Below are positions 46,885 through 55,743 of a DNA stretch of 64,000 nucleotides, one piece after another. The translations under genes were made by a program, and so were the position numbers. The DNA is from Lachnoclostridium sp. UBA5890. Lineage in GTDB: Bacteria; Bacillota; Clostridia; Lachnospirales; Lachnospiraceae. The notes beneath the pieces are model-generated. The model worked only from the letters and a program-made list of their open reading frames with translations. It was not told the origin of the DNA and searched no databases. The stretch spans positions 9,753 to 73,752 of the forward strand of contig DJEU01000059.1 of the NCBI GenBank assembly GCA_002431395.1, read 5' to 3'. How positions within the stretch are numbered: the stretch's first letter is position 1; the number at the start of each line of letters is the position of its first letter.

Positions 46885-46930
46885 CCTTAGAGTGGTTTAG
46901 AGGTTAGCTCCACAAATCCAGTATTTTCAA

Positions 46931-46973
46931 GGCCTGAGGCCGTGTGAAATTGCACGGTTTCAGGTCTTTTTTT
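46931..46973 (+). terminator. Intrinsic terminator after guaA
   Basis: Stem CCTGAGGCCGTG / CACGGTTTCAGG (two G-U pairs), followed by TCTTTTTTT. Confidence 0.75.
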
Positions 46974-47173
46974 GGCTGTTGCTTCTAAAATGATTCTAAT
47001 TTTCTAAAAGAAACCGAAGCGAAATAACTCCAAAACAAAGTTCAATTCTGTTTCTTATCTTTTATCTTCCTCAGATTTCAAAAAAATTAAATATTTTTGC
47101 TGTGATTAGTAATGAGCTTTTTTTCAACCCAAATGTATTACGTAAGAAAAACACGTAATTGGAGGTGAATGAA

Positions 47174-47395
47174 ATGTTTGAATGCAGAACCTTTATCACA
47201 GTAAAAGAAATCGGCGAAGTACTCGGTGTTTCGGAATCTAAGTCATATGGTATAGTTCGCGATTTGAATAAAGAACTTGCTGACAAGGGTTACATGGTTA
47301 TCCCCGGAAGAGTCAGCAGGAAATATTTCGAAGAGCGTTTCTATGGAGTAGTAAACGAAACAGAGGAAAAGGAGGAAAAGTATGCCGGCGAATAG
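47174..47395 (+). CDS. Excisionase-like / HTH DNA-binding protein
   Basis: GGAGG RBS precedes the ATG at 47174. 'FITVKEIGEVLGVSESKSYGIVRDLNKEL' is an HTH segment. The stop overlaps the integrase start. Confidence 0.65.
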   Translation: MFECRTFITVKEIGEVLGVSESKSYGIVRDLNKELADKGYMVIPGRVSRKYFEERFYGVVNETEEKEEKYAGE

Positions 47396-48479
47396 GGATA
47401 AAAAGACAGGCAAGTGGAACTCCCAGTTCTATTATACGGACTGGACAGGCAAAAAAATCAAAAAGATGAAACGTGGCTTTGAGACAAAAAAGGAAGCACA
47501 GGACTGGGAGCGACATTTTAAATTGGAAAAGGCGAGTAGCCTTGACATGACGTTCGGGGATTTTTACAGACGCTATGAAGAAGATGTTAAACCAAAGGTC
47601 AGAGAGAATACGTGGAATTCAAAAGTTTGGGTTATCGAAAAAAAGATTCTTCCATACTTTAAGGATCTTGTAATGAGAGATATTACTCCACGCGATGTCC
47701 TTGCTTGGCAGAACGAAATGAGAAAGTTGGAGTCAAAGGACGGAGAAAAATTTAAGGGAACGTATCTTAGAAAAATGCAGGCGGAACTTTCAGCCATATT
47801 TAACCATGCGGTGAAGTATTATGAATTGCCAAAGAATCCTGCAGTAATAGCTGGTCCACTTGGACAGTACCATGCAGATGAAATGCTTTTTTGGACAAAG
47901 GAAGAGTATATGCGCTTTATTCCTGAGGTTGCAAATAAAACTTATTCCTATATGGCATTTGAACTTTTGTATTGGTGTGGAATTCGAATTGGCGAGTTGA
48001 TGGCATTAACTCCTGCGGATTTTGATTTCAATAAGAATAAGCTTTCTATAACCAAATCTTATCAGAGAATCAGCGGAAGGGATGTTATTACAAAACCTAA
48101 GACTCCCAAAAGTGTGCGTATGATTTCTATGCCAGAGAATGTTGCATTAGAAATGAGAGATTTCCTTAATAGCATTTATGGCATTGAGCCGGGGGACAGG
48201 ATTTTTGTGATATCAAAGTCCTATCTGCATCATGAGATGGACAGGGGCGTAAAGGCGAGCGGTGTAAAACGTATTCGTCTTCATGATTTAAGACACAGTC
48301 ATGTATCTCTTCTTATCGACATGGGGTTCTCAGCTGTGGCTATCGGCAATCGTGTAGGGCATGAAAGTACGGAGATTACTTATCGATACGCACACATGAT
48401 GCCGTCAATTCAGGACGATATGGCAGAGGCGCTTGATGAAGAATGGAAGGAGGGATTTGATGTCAGCAAAGAATCTTGA
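47382..48479 (+). CDS. int: Tyrosine-type site-specific recombinase / integrase
   Basis: 365 aa. Contains an N-terminal SAM-like domain. The catalytic-region motifs are 'GIRIGELMAL', 'HDLRHSHVSLL', 'GHESTEITYRYAH'. Confidence 0.93.
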   Translation: MPANRDKKTGKWNSQFYYTDWTGKKIKKMKRGFETKKEAQDWERHFKLEKASSLDMTFGDFYRRYEEDVKPKVRENTWNSKVWVIEKKILPYFKDLVMRDITPRDVLAWQNEMRKLESKDGEKFKGTYLRKMQAELSAIFNHAVKYYELPKNPAVIAGPLGQYHADEMLFWTKEEYMRFIPEVANKTYSYMAFELLYWCGIRIGELMALTPADFDFNKNKLSITKSYQRISGRDVITKPKTPKSVRMISMPENVALEMRDFLNSIYGIEPGDRIFVISKSYLHHEMDRGVKASGVKRIRLHDLRHSHVSLLIDMGFSAVAIGNRVGHESTEITYRYAHMMPSIQDDMAEALDEEWKEGFDVSKES

Positions 48480-48855
48480 TCCAAAAGGAAGGCTGCGGAG
48501 CGAGACTATCGCTTATCGTTGTTCTCCTGCTGAAAGGAGGGAATTGGATAAGCGATGGAAACTGCTTGGATATGCGACAAAACAGGATTATGTTCTTGAC
48601 TCCGTATTGCATAACAAGGTTACGGCAAAGGGAAATCCTATGATGCTGGTGAATTTCCGAAAGGAACTGTATGGCATTCTTGGAGAATTGGAACGACGGG
48701 AAGAAGCCTCTGAGATAGACGAGGAACTTTTCACACCGATCCGCACTATGCTTGAAATCTTGGAAGCTTTTAAGGAAAACGAAGAGAAGAACAAAAAGAA
48801 TAAAACCAGAAGGAATGATAAGTTTTTGGAAAGGAGAGTTTATCGCGATGTGTAA
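48460..48855 (+). CDS. MobC-like / ribbon-helix-helix relaxosome accessory protein (putative)
   Basis: GGAGGG RBS precedes the ATG at 48460. 'RSETIAYRCSPAERRELDKRWKLLGYATKQDYVLDSVL' fits the MobC-type pattern. Confidence 0.5.
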   Translation: MSAKNLDPKGRLRSETIAYRCSPAERRELDKRWKLLGYATKQDYVLDSVLHNKVTAKGNPMMLVNFRKELYGILGELERREEASEIDEELFTPIRTMLEILEAFKENEEKNKKNKTRRNDKFLERRVYRDV

Positions 48856-49633
48856 AGTAATTATTTGTGCAAATCAAAAGGGAGGTGTCGCCAAGAGTAC
48901 ATCTGTTGTAAATCTTGGTATCGGACTCGCAAACAAAGGAAAGAGGGTTCTTGTTATCGATAACGATCCTCAGGGATCTCTTACAGAGGCTTTAGGATAT
49001 CCGGAGCCGGATAAGTTGGAAGTGACCCTTGCAAATGTTATGGACTGGGTATTGAACGAGGATGAATATGATTTGAAAGCTGGTATCCTGCATCATGAGG
49101 AAGGAATAGATCTTATGCCTGCCAATATCGAATTATCCGGTGTAGAGACATCGCTTGTAGGAATTATGAGTTCGGAGACAACGCTTCGTGAGTATGTCGA
49201 GACCATTAGGGATGATTATGATTACATCCTCGTGGATTGCTCACCAAACTTAGGACAGCTTACCTTAAATGCTCTTGTGGCGGCGGATGAGGTTATTATC
49301 CCGGTACAGGCCGCATACCTGCCTATAAAGGGTTTAGAACAGTTGTTAAAGACAATCAGTCGTGTAAAGCGTAAGATGAACCCGAAACTTCATATTATGG
49401 GCATTCTGATCACGATGGTGGATTACAGAACCATTTATGCTAAGGAGATTACGGAAGTGCTGTATGAGCATTATGGAAGTAGTATCCATATATTTAATGA
49501 TGTGATTCCGCTTTCCGTTAGAGCTGCGGAGGCATCTGCCGAAGGAGTCAGCATCTATAAATATGATGGCAAGGGTAAAGTAGCAGCGGCGTATGAAAAG
49601 ATTGTAGAGGAGGTTTTAGCCAATGAGCAGTAA
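48848..49633 (+). CDS. parA: ParA/Soj-family partition ATPase
   Basis: Deviant Walker A 'NQKGGVAKST', 'VLVIDNDPQGS', 'YDYILVDCSP'. The start ATGTGTAA overlaps the upstream stop. Confidence 0.92.
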   Translation: MCKVIICANQKGGVAKSTSVVNLGIGLANKGKRVLVIDNDPQGSLTEALGYPEPDKLEVTLANVMDWVLNEDEYDLKAGILHHEEGIDLMPANIELSGVETSLVGIMSSETTLREYVETIRDDYDYILVDCSPNLGQLTLNALVAADEVIIPVQAAYLPIKGLEQLLKTISRVKRKMNPKLHIMGILITMVDYRTIYAKEITEVLYEHYGSSIHIFNDVIPLSVRAAEASAEGVSIYKYDGKGKVAAAYEKIVEEVLANEQ

Positions 49634-50528
49634 GGGATTATCAAATAGAATCAAGCTTTCCAGCTATGATGATATGTTTTCGGCGGAGAATGATGGTAGT
49701 ACTACGACAGAAGCAAAACCTGTTGAGGGACAGATAGTAGAGATCCCTTTATCGGAACTGCATACCTTTGAAAACCATCCTTTTCGTGTTGTAGATGATG
49801 AAAACATGGAAGAAATGGTAGAGAGTGTTAAAGAGTATGGCGTGTTGGTTCCGGCTATCGCAAGACCTAGAGAAGAAGGCGGATATGAACTTATATCCGG
49901 TCACAGAAGAAAGCATGCATCCGAACTTGCAGGTAAAGATACCATGCCGGTTATTGTTCGTGATTGTGATAATGATGAAGCCGTAGTAATTATGGTGGAT
50001 GCCAATATCCAGCGTGAGGATATTCTTGTCAGCGAGAGAGCGAAGGCTTATCAGATGAAATATGAAGCTATGAAGCATCAGGGCAAGGCACAGGGGAACT
50101 CTTTGCAGGAAATGAGTGAGCAGGCAGGAGAAAGCATGAAGACCATTCAACGTCTGATCTGCATCGCCAGTTTGGACGAAAAGTTGCTTGCTATGGTGGA
50201 TGAAAAGAAGCTGGGACTTCGTCAGGGCGTGGATCTTTCTTTTATTCCGCAGGAACAGCAGAGAATCGTATATGAAGTTATTTCGGAGATGGGAGTGTCA
50301 CTTAGCCAGGAGCAGAGTGCAAGGATAAAGGAATCATCTCGTAAAGGTTATCTGAACGCAGATTTCCTAAAGGATTATCTGTCGGAGAAGAAGCCAAAAC
50401 CACGTAAGGTAGTATTTAACCAGAAAAAGTTGGACAACTATTTTACCCCGGATATGAGCAATGAGGATATCGAGGAGCTTATCGTAAAGCTTCTTGATGA
50501 ATGGAAGGAGAAAGGGGAACCGCGTTAA
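49623..50528 (+). CDS. parB: ParB/Spo0J-like nuclease-domain partition protein
   Basis: 'HPFRVVDDENMEEMVESVKEYGVLVPAIARP..GGYELISGHRRKHA' is a ParB N-terminal domain. Confidence 0.9.
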   Translation: MSSKGLSNRIKLSSYDDMFSAENDGSTTTEAKPVEGQIVEIPLSELHTFENHPFRVVDDENMEEMVESVKEYGVLVPAIARPREEGGYELISGHRRKHASELAGKDTMPVIVRDCDNDEAVVIMVDANIQREDILVSERAKAYQMKYEAMKHQGKAQGNSLQEMSEQAGESMKTIQRLICIASLDEKLLAMVDEKKLGLRQGVDLSFIPQEQQRIVYEVISEMGVSLSQEQSARIKESSRKGYLNADFLKDYLSEKKPKPRKVVFNQKKLDNYFTPDMSNEDIEELIVKLLDEWKEKGEPR

Positions 50529-51550
50529 TGGAGAGGCTGAAGCTGGAGTTTTATTATGGGCAAGAGGCAGAGCAGTTTACGTTCTACCGCCTGCCGAAGG
50601 CTTTGATAACAGACAACAGGTTTAAGGATATATCGAATAATTCCAAGCTTTTGTATGGACTGATGCTTGATCGTATGTCACTTTCCGTCAGAAGCGGATG
50701 GTTTGATGATCAGAACAGGGTTTATATCAAGTATTCAATAAAAAGTATTATGGAAGATCTTAACTGTAGCAAGATGACGGCGGTGGGGCTTTTGAAGGAG
50801 TTGCAGGCTATTGGATTAGTAGATATTGAGCAGAGAAACGGATTTGCAAATATCATCTACGTTAAGAACTTCGTATCCGGAGGAGAAGAAGAGTCATTAG
50901 ACCGGTCAGAAAATTGTACAGGTAAGGAAAATGAACCGGTGGTAGAACACCAGTCTAAAAATTCTACTGGTACAGGTATTAGGCCGGTAAATATGGAAGA
51001 CCAGTCAGATGTTAATACTGGTACCTGTCAGGAATCTATACCGGGGGTAGTACAGAAATCAGACCCGAATAATAATGATTTTAACAATATTGAATCTAGT
51101 GATACCGATCATATCATTCAATCTGGCAAGCGCATGGACATGTCTATCCGAGTTACGGGGATGGATCAGATGGATGAAACTACCGTATATATGGAGCTTA
51201 TTCGAGAAAACATTGATTATGACATCATGATGAGCAACAAGAAATGGTCTGACAGAGAAATGTATGACGAGCTTTATCAGTTAATCTGCGATGTTGTTTG
51301 TGTTCCGAGGAAGACTATCCGTATTGCAGGGGAAGACTATCCGTATAACTTGGTGAAGAGTAAGTTCCTGAAGCTCAATTCAACGCATTTGGAATATGTC
51401 ATCAGCTGCATGAAGAATAACACAACAAAGGTATCCAATATCAAAGCCTATTTGACAACAGCACTCTATAACGCACCGAATACCATCAGCCACTACTATA
51501 CGGCTGAGGTAAATCATGATATGTATGGTACAATATATCCGGAGGAATGA
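50528..51550 (+). CDS. RepA_N-type replication initiator-like protein
   Basis: Start at 'MERLKLEF' (TAATG overlap with parB). 'FTFYRLPKALITDNRFKDISNNSKLLYGLMLDRMSLS' is a RepA_N-like signature. The C-terminal domain is the type seen on Firmicutes ICEs. Confidence 0.75.
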   Translation: MERLKLEFYYGQEAEQFTFYRLPKALITDNRFKDISNNSKLLYGLMLDRMSLSVRSGWFDDQNRVYIKYSIKSIMEDLNCSKMTAVGLLKELQAIGLVDIEQRNGFANIIYVKNFVSGGEEESLDRSENCTGKENEPVVEHQSKNSTGTGIRPVNMEDQSDVNTGTCQESIPGVVQKSDPNNNDFNNIESSDTDHIIQSGKRMDMSIRVTGMDQMDETTVYMELIRENIDYDIMMSNKKWSDREMYDELYQLICDVVCVPRKTIRIAGEDYPYNLVKSKFLKLNSTHLEYVISCMKNNTTKVSNIKAYLTTALYNAPNTISHYYTAEVNHDMYGTIYPEE

Positions 51551-51552
51551 TT

Positions 51553-51972
51553 ATGGCAAAATATATCGTCGAAGACACAAAGGCAAGTAAATACGAGAAG
51601 AACTTTAAGTTCCCGTTGATAAATATGATTCCTGCAATCGTTTGGTGCATTCCGGTTCACCAGAAGTTATCACCGCTGGCAGGGATGATGGGGGCATTCA
51701 TCGCAGTAGCAGCTTTCTTTATATTGTATGTTCTCTTATCATATGTTCCGATAGCAGCACTGGCTCCGGGTGTGGCAAGCGTTATCATGATGACTGCGAT
51801 GCTTTGGGCACCGGCAGACAATATTGGAAATAATATGGCAAGAATCATAGTGAAGGGGATCATTCTTGTAATTATGGTTATGATTGAGTTTTGCGTGCTG
51901 ATAAATGCGACATTACCATGGCTGGAGAGAAAGACAGCTACGCCTCCGAGGGTACGTAGAATAGAGAACTAA
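51553..51972 (+). CDS. Small integral membrane protein (hypothetical)
   Basis: About 139 aa with 3-4 hydrophobic helices. Either ATG (51547 or 51553) could be the start. Confidence 0.55.
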   Translation: MAKYIVEDTKASKYEKNFKFPLINMIPAIVWCIPVHQKLSPLAGMMGAFIAVAAFFILYVLLSYVPIAALAPGVASVIMMTAMLWAPADNIGNNMARIIVKGIILVIMVMIEFCVLINATLPWLERKTATPPRVRRIEN

Positions 51973-52026
51973 AACTGATCATAAAAAAATATATCAAAAT
52001 CATTTGTGATATTTTGAAAAATGTTA

Positions 52027-52055
52027 TTGACATGCATGGAACATTATGATAATAT
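52027..52055 (+). promoter_or_regulatory. Strong sigma-A promoter in front of the defence cargo
   Basis: TTGACA, a 17-nt spacer, then TGaTAATAT (extended -10). Confidence 0.6.
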
Positions 52056-52153
52056 GAGACCATCAAAAGGAAGAGGCACTGGTACCGTGTCATTTCTTTT
52101 ACAAACCGGTTTTGAACATTTAAAAATATATCAATGCTATGGAGGATATAAAA

Positions 52154-52741
52154 ATGAACAAACAAGTAAAATTAAGTGATATTAAGGGACTATCCTTTAT
52201 CGGAGGTCAGATTACATCAAGAATAGAAGCAGATGAAAAGAAAAATGAAAGAGCAATTGGTACAGTAAAGGTCATTCCGCCGAAAGCCATTAAGGCTGGG
52301 AAGATCGAGCACGAAGAGTTATACGATGTCGATTATAAAACAGAGTTCGATGAAAAGAAGCTCACAAGAGCAGGAGATATCGTAGTAAAACTTTCCTCAC
52401 CATATGATGCGGCCTATGTAAGCGAGGAAGATGAAGGGCTTTTGATTACTTCCTTCTGCATCATCATCCGCAACACTGGAAAGAATGCATCATCGGAATT
52501 TATCACAGCATTTTGTAATTCAGGTGTTTACATGAGACAGGTCATGAATATGGTAAGTGGAGCAAAGGTTCCAATGCTAACCATAGGAAAGGTTAAGGAA
52601 GCAAAGGTAAATCTTCTGCCGATGGAAGAACAGGAGCAGGTGGCTCAGTTTTACAGAAACCTTTGTGAAAAGGAAGTTGTGATGGAGCAGATTATCTCTC
52701 TTGAAAAAGAGAAGCTGGATACAGTTTTAGGAGGTAATTAA
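52154..52741 (+). CDS. Half-size (single TRD) type I restriction-modification S-subunit-like protein
   Basis: GGAGGA RBS precedes the ATG at 52154, giving about 195 aa. It has one target-recognition-like domain plus a conserved C-terminal helix 'PMEEQEQVAQFYRNLCEKEVVMEQIISLEKEKL', as in HsdS conserved regions. Confidence 0.7.
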   Translation: MNKQVKLSDIKGLSFIGGQITSRIEADEKKNERAIGTVKVIPPKAIKAGKIEHEELYDVDYKTEFDEKKLTRAGDIVVKLSSPYDAAYVSEEDEGLLITSFCIIIRNTGKNASSEFITAFCNSGVYMRQVMNMVSGAKVPMLTIGKVKEAKVNLLPMEEQEQVAQFYRNLCEKEVVMEQIISLEKEKLDTVLGGN

Positions 52742-52742
52742 G

Positions 52743-54086
52743 ATGGCTGATATTAAGAACGTTGAAAAATATATTTGGGATATAGCCAACATTTGGCATA
52801 ACGCCGGAATGGATGGAACACAGTATGTAGGAAGTACCTTATATGTTATGTGTTTGAAGAAGATGGTTGAAGAAAATGCTTGTACAAATCCGAACTATAT
52901 GCCTTCAATCATAGAACTAACCAAAGTCCTTTACCGCCCGGTATCAACTGAAGACATAGAGGTTATCAGAAGAGCATCTGATATTCTGGAAGAAACATAC
53001 CAAGTTAAGAGAGGTTTACTCTCCGACGTGTTATCTTCTTTCAGATCAGAAGAGGAAGCATGGAAGAAAGCTTTTCTTGGTGTGGTTTCAGCAACAGCGG
53101 ATATTGTAGTAGACGAAGAAGGATATTATCCATACGCAACACAGCTAATTAATATGGCATCTAAAGATGCAAGAAGAAATACTGCGGAAAAGGTATCAAG
53201 TAATGCGGTGGCGGATTTGCTTAGTATCGCAGCGAATGTCCAGGATGGAGAAACCGTGCTTGATGGAACGATAGGATACGGATATTCAGCAATAAACGCT
53301 GTTAGAGGTAAAAAGGATGTAACTCTTTATGGTGTGGATATCAACACAGACTCCATTCAGGTAGCTACTTTATATATGATATTAAGCGGAATCCGCTTCG
53401 ATGTCATTCAAGAGGATTTTACTGCGATGGATTCTGCGTATGTAGCAGACAAAGTTGTAATGGATATTCCGTTTGGTATGCGACCTATGAATGAATTGGC
53501 AGGATATCAGCTTCACAGGGTAAAGAAATGGATGGATGCAGACTCATGTAAAGAAATGGAATGTCTCTTTATGGCAAGTGCATTAGATGCTATGGAAGAT
53601 AACGGAAGAGTGGCTTTGATTGTTCCGCAGGGTATCCTGTTCAAACAGACGAAAGCATTAAGTGCATTTCGCAAGAATCTGGTCAAGGAAGGTTTGCTCA
53701 AAGCAGTAGTTTCGTTACCTCCGGTATATAACAGTACGATGATTAATACGGCAATGCTTATCCTTGAACATAACAACAAGGATGTACTGTTTGTAGATGG
53801 CACATCTTTGGTTCAAAGAGAACGCAGAAATGATGCTTATATCACAGATGAGAATAAAAAGAAACTCAGCGAGATTCTTGAAGGCAAAAAGGTGGTTGAA
53901 GGTATTTCCTTTACAGTGCCTAACGCTGAAGTGATCGAGACTGGAGATTGGTCAATTTCAAAGTATATTGATGTTGATGAAGTGATTGAATTAAGGCCGA
54001 TTTCGGAAATAAATAAGGAATTGAAGCAGCTGTATAAGAGATTAGATGAATTAAATGCTGAAAGTTTTAATGAAAAACTAGAATGA
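52743..54086 (+). CDS. HsdM-like N6-adenine DNA methyltransferase with divergent catalytic motif
   Basis: Motif I-like 'VLDGTIGYG'. The motif IV position reads 'MDIPFG' instead of NPPY/F. The HsdM-like segment 'GRVALIVPQGILF...LRKNLVKEGLLKAVVSLP' is present. Confidence 0.75.
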   Translation: MADIKNVEKYIWDIANIWHNAGMDGTQYVGSTLYVMCLKKMVEENACTNPNYMPSIIELTKVLYRPVSTEDIEVIRRASDILEETYQVKRGLLSDVLSSFRSEEEAWKKAFLGVVSATADIVVDEEGYYPYATQLINMASKDARRNTAEKVSSNAVADLLSIAANVQDGETVLDGTIGYGYSAINAVRGKKDVTLYGVDINTDSIQVATLYMILSGIRFDVIQEDFTAMDSAYVADKVVMDIPFGMRPMNELAGYQLHRVKKWMDADSCKEMECLFMASALDAMEDNGRVALIVPQGILFKQTKALSAFRKNLVKEGLLKAVVSLPPVYNSTMINTAMLILEHNNKDVLFVDGTSLVQRERRNDAYITDENKKKLSEILEGKKVVEGISFTVPNAEVIETGDWSISKYIDVDEVIELRPISEINKELKQLYKRLDELNAESFNEKLE

Positions 54087-54179
54087 AAAACTATTTTCAT
54101 AGTCCGTATTATAGGACAGTATAAGAGTTAAAATTTGAAGTAAAGTGGAAAAAGCATACCCAGTAAAGGAGAAAATAAA

Positions 54180-55742
54180 ATGATTGATACAAAGAAAGAG
54201 CAGGAAAGAGACGAATTACATCGCGCTATTTGGGCGATTGCAGATGAATTAAGAGGAGCTGTAGATGGATGGGATTTCAAGAACTATGTCCTTGGCACAA
54301 TGTTCTACAGATACGTTTCAGAGAACCTTACAAACTATGTGAACGAAGGTGAAGAAAAGGCCGGAAATACAGGATTTGATTACGCTAAAATGTCAGATGA
54401 TGAGGCAGAGACTGCAAGAAAGGATCTTGTACAGGAAAAAGGCTTCTTTATCCTTCCAAGCGAGCTGTTTTGCAATGTAAAGGCAAAGGCGGACGATGAT
54501 GAAAACCTTAATGAGACATTGGAGACAGTATTCCGTCATATTGAGGAATCCGCAAAGGGCAGTGAATCTGAAAGCGATTTTGAAGGCCTGTTTGATGACT
54601 TTGATGTAAACAGTAATAAGCTCGGTGCAACTGTGGCAAAGAGAAATGAAAAGCTTGCAAAGCTGCTCAAGGGTGTAGCTGAAATGAATCTCGGTGATGT
54701 TAAGAACCATGATATTGACGCATTTGGTGATGCATACGAGTATCTGATGACTATGTACGCATCCAACGCTGGTAAGAGCGGTGGAGAATTTTTTACCCCG
54801 GCAGATGTCTCTGAACTTCTTACCAGACTTGGAACTGTAGGCAAGACAGAAGTTAATAAGGTATATGATCCTGCGTGTGGATCTGGATCATTACTTTTGA
54901 AAGCGGAAAAGGTTCTTGGAAAAGACAAGGTGCGTAATGGATTCTTTGGACAGGAAATCAATATTACTACATATAACCTTTGTAGAATTAACATGTTCCT
55001 TCATGATGTAGGATTTGATAAGTTCAATATCGCATGTGAAGACACACTTACGGCTCCACAGCATTGGGATGATGAACCGTTTGAACTTATCGTGTCAAAT
55101 CCTCCGTACTCAATCAAATGGGAAGGTGACGAGAATCCGTTGCTTATCAATGACCCTCGTTTTGCACCGGCAGGAGTATTGGCACCTAAGAGCAAGGCAG
55201 ATATGGCATTTATCATGCATGCGCTTAGCTGGCTTGCAAATAACGGAACAGCAGCTATCGTATGTTTCCCGGGTATTATGTACAGAGGCGGCGCAGAACA
55301 GAAGATACGTAAGTACTTAGTTGACAATAACTATGTGGATTGTGTAATCCAACTCCCTGCGAATCTGTTTTTCGGAACTCCTATAGCTACATGCATAATG
55401 GTTTTAAAGAAGGGAAAGAAAAACAGTAATGTATTATTTATTGATGCCACAGAGGAATGCATTAAAGTTACGAACAATAATAAACTGACTGAAGAAAATA
55501 TAGATAGTATAGTAGAGTGGTTTGAAAAAAGAGAAAATGTTGAGCATAAGTCATTTTTGGCTTCTTATGAAGAGGTTGTGAAGAATAGCTACAATTTAAC
55601 TGTTAGTGTATATGTTGAAGCTGAAGATACACGAGAAATAATAGATATTAATCGTCTAAATGCAGAGATTAAAGAGATTGTACGTAGAGAAGAGTCCCTG
55701 CGTAAAGAAATAGATAAGATTATAGCGGAAATCGAGGTGTAA
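54180..55742 (+). CDS. hsdM: Type I restriction-modification system methyltransferase subunit
   Basis: HsdM N-terminal domain '[33 protein letters not shown]', motif I '[12 protein letters not shown]', motif IV 'SNPPYS'. Confidence 0.95.
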   Translation: MIDTKKEQERDELHRAIWAIADELRGAVDGWDFKNYVLGTMFYRYVSENLTNYVNEGEEKAGNTGFDYAKMSDDEAETARKDLVQEKGFFILPSELFCNVKAKADDDENLNETLETVFRHIEESAKGSESESDFEGLFDDFDVNSNKLGATVAKRNEKLAKLLKGVAEMNLGDVKNHDIDAFGDAYEYLMTMYASNAGKSGGEFFTPADVSELLTRLGTVGKTEVNKVYDPACGSGSLLLKAEKVLGKDKVRNGFFGQEINITTYNLCRINMFLHDVGFDKFNIACEDTLTAPQHWDDEPFELIVSNPPYSIKWEGDENPLLINDPRFAPAGVLAPKSKADMAFIMHALSWLANNGTAAIVCFPGIMYRGGAEQKIRKYLVDNNYVDCVIQLPANLFFGTPIATCIMVLKKGKKNSNVLFIDATEECIKVTNNNKLTEENIDSIVEWFEKRENVEHKSFLASYEEVVKNSYNLTVSVYVEAEDTREIIDINRLNAEIKEIVRREESLRKEIDKIIAEIEV

Positions 55743-55743
55743 T

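Noticed and set aside
46885-47158. Exact attL core or left boundary of the integrative element
   Set aside because: It cannot be defined without the right end (attR), which lies beyond the window. No internal direct repeat of the guaA 3' end is visible in the window, so only an approximate boundary is given.
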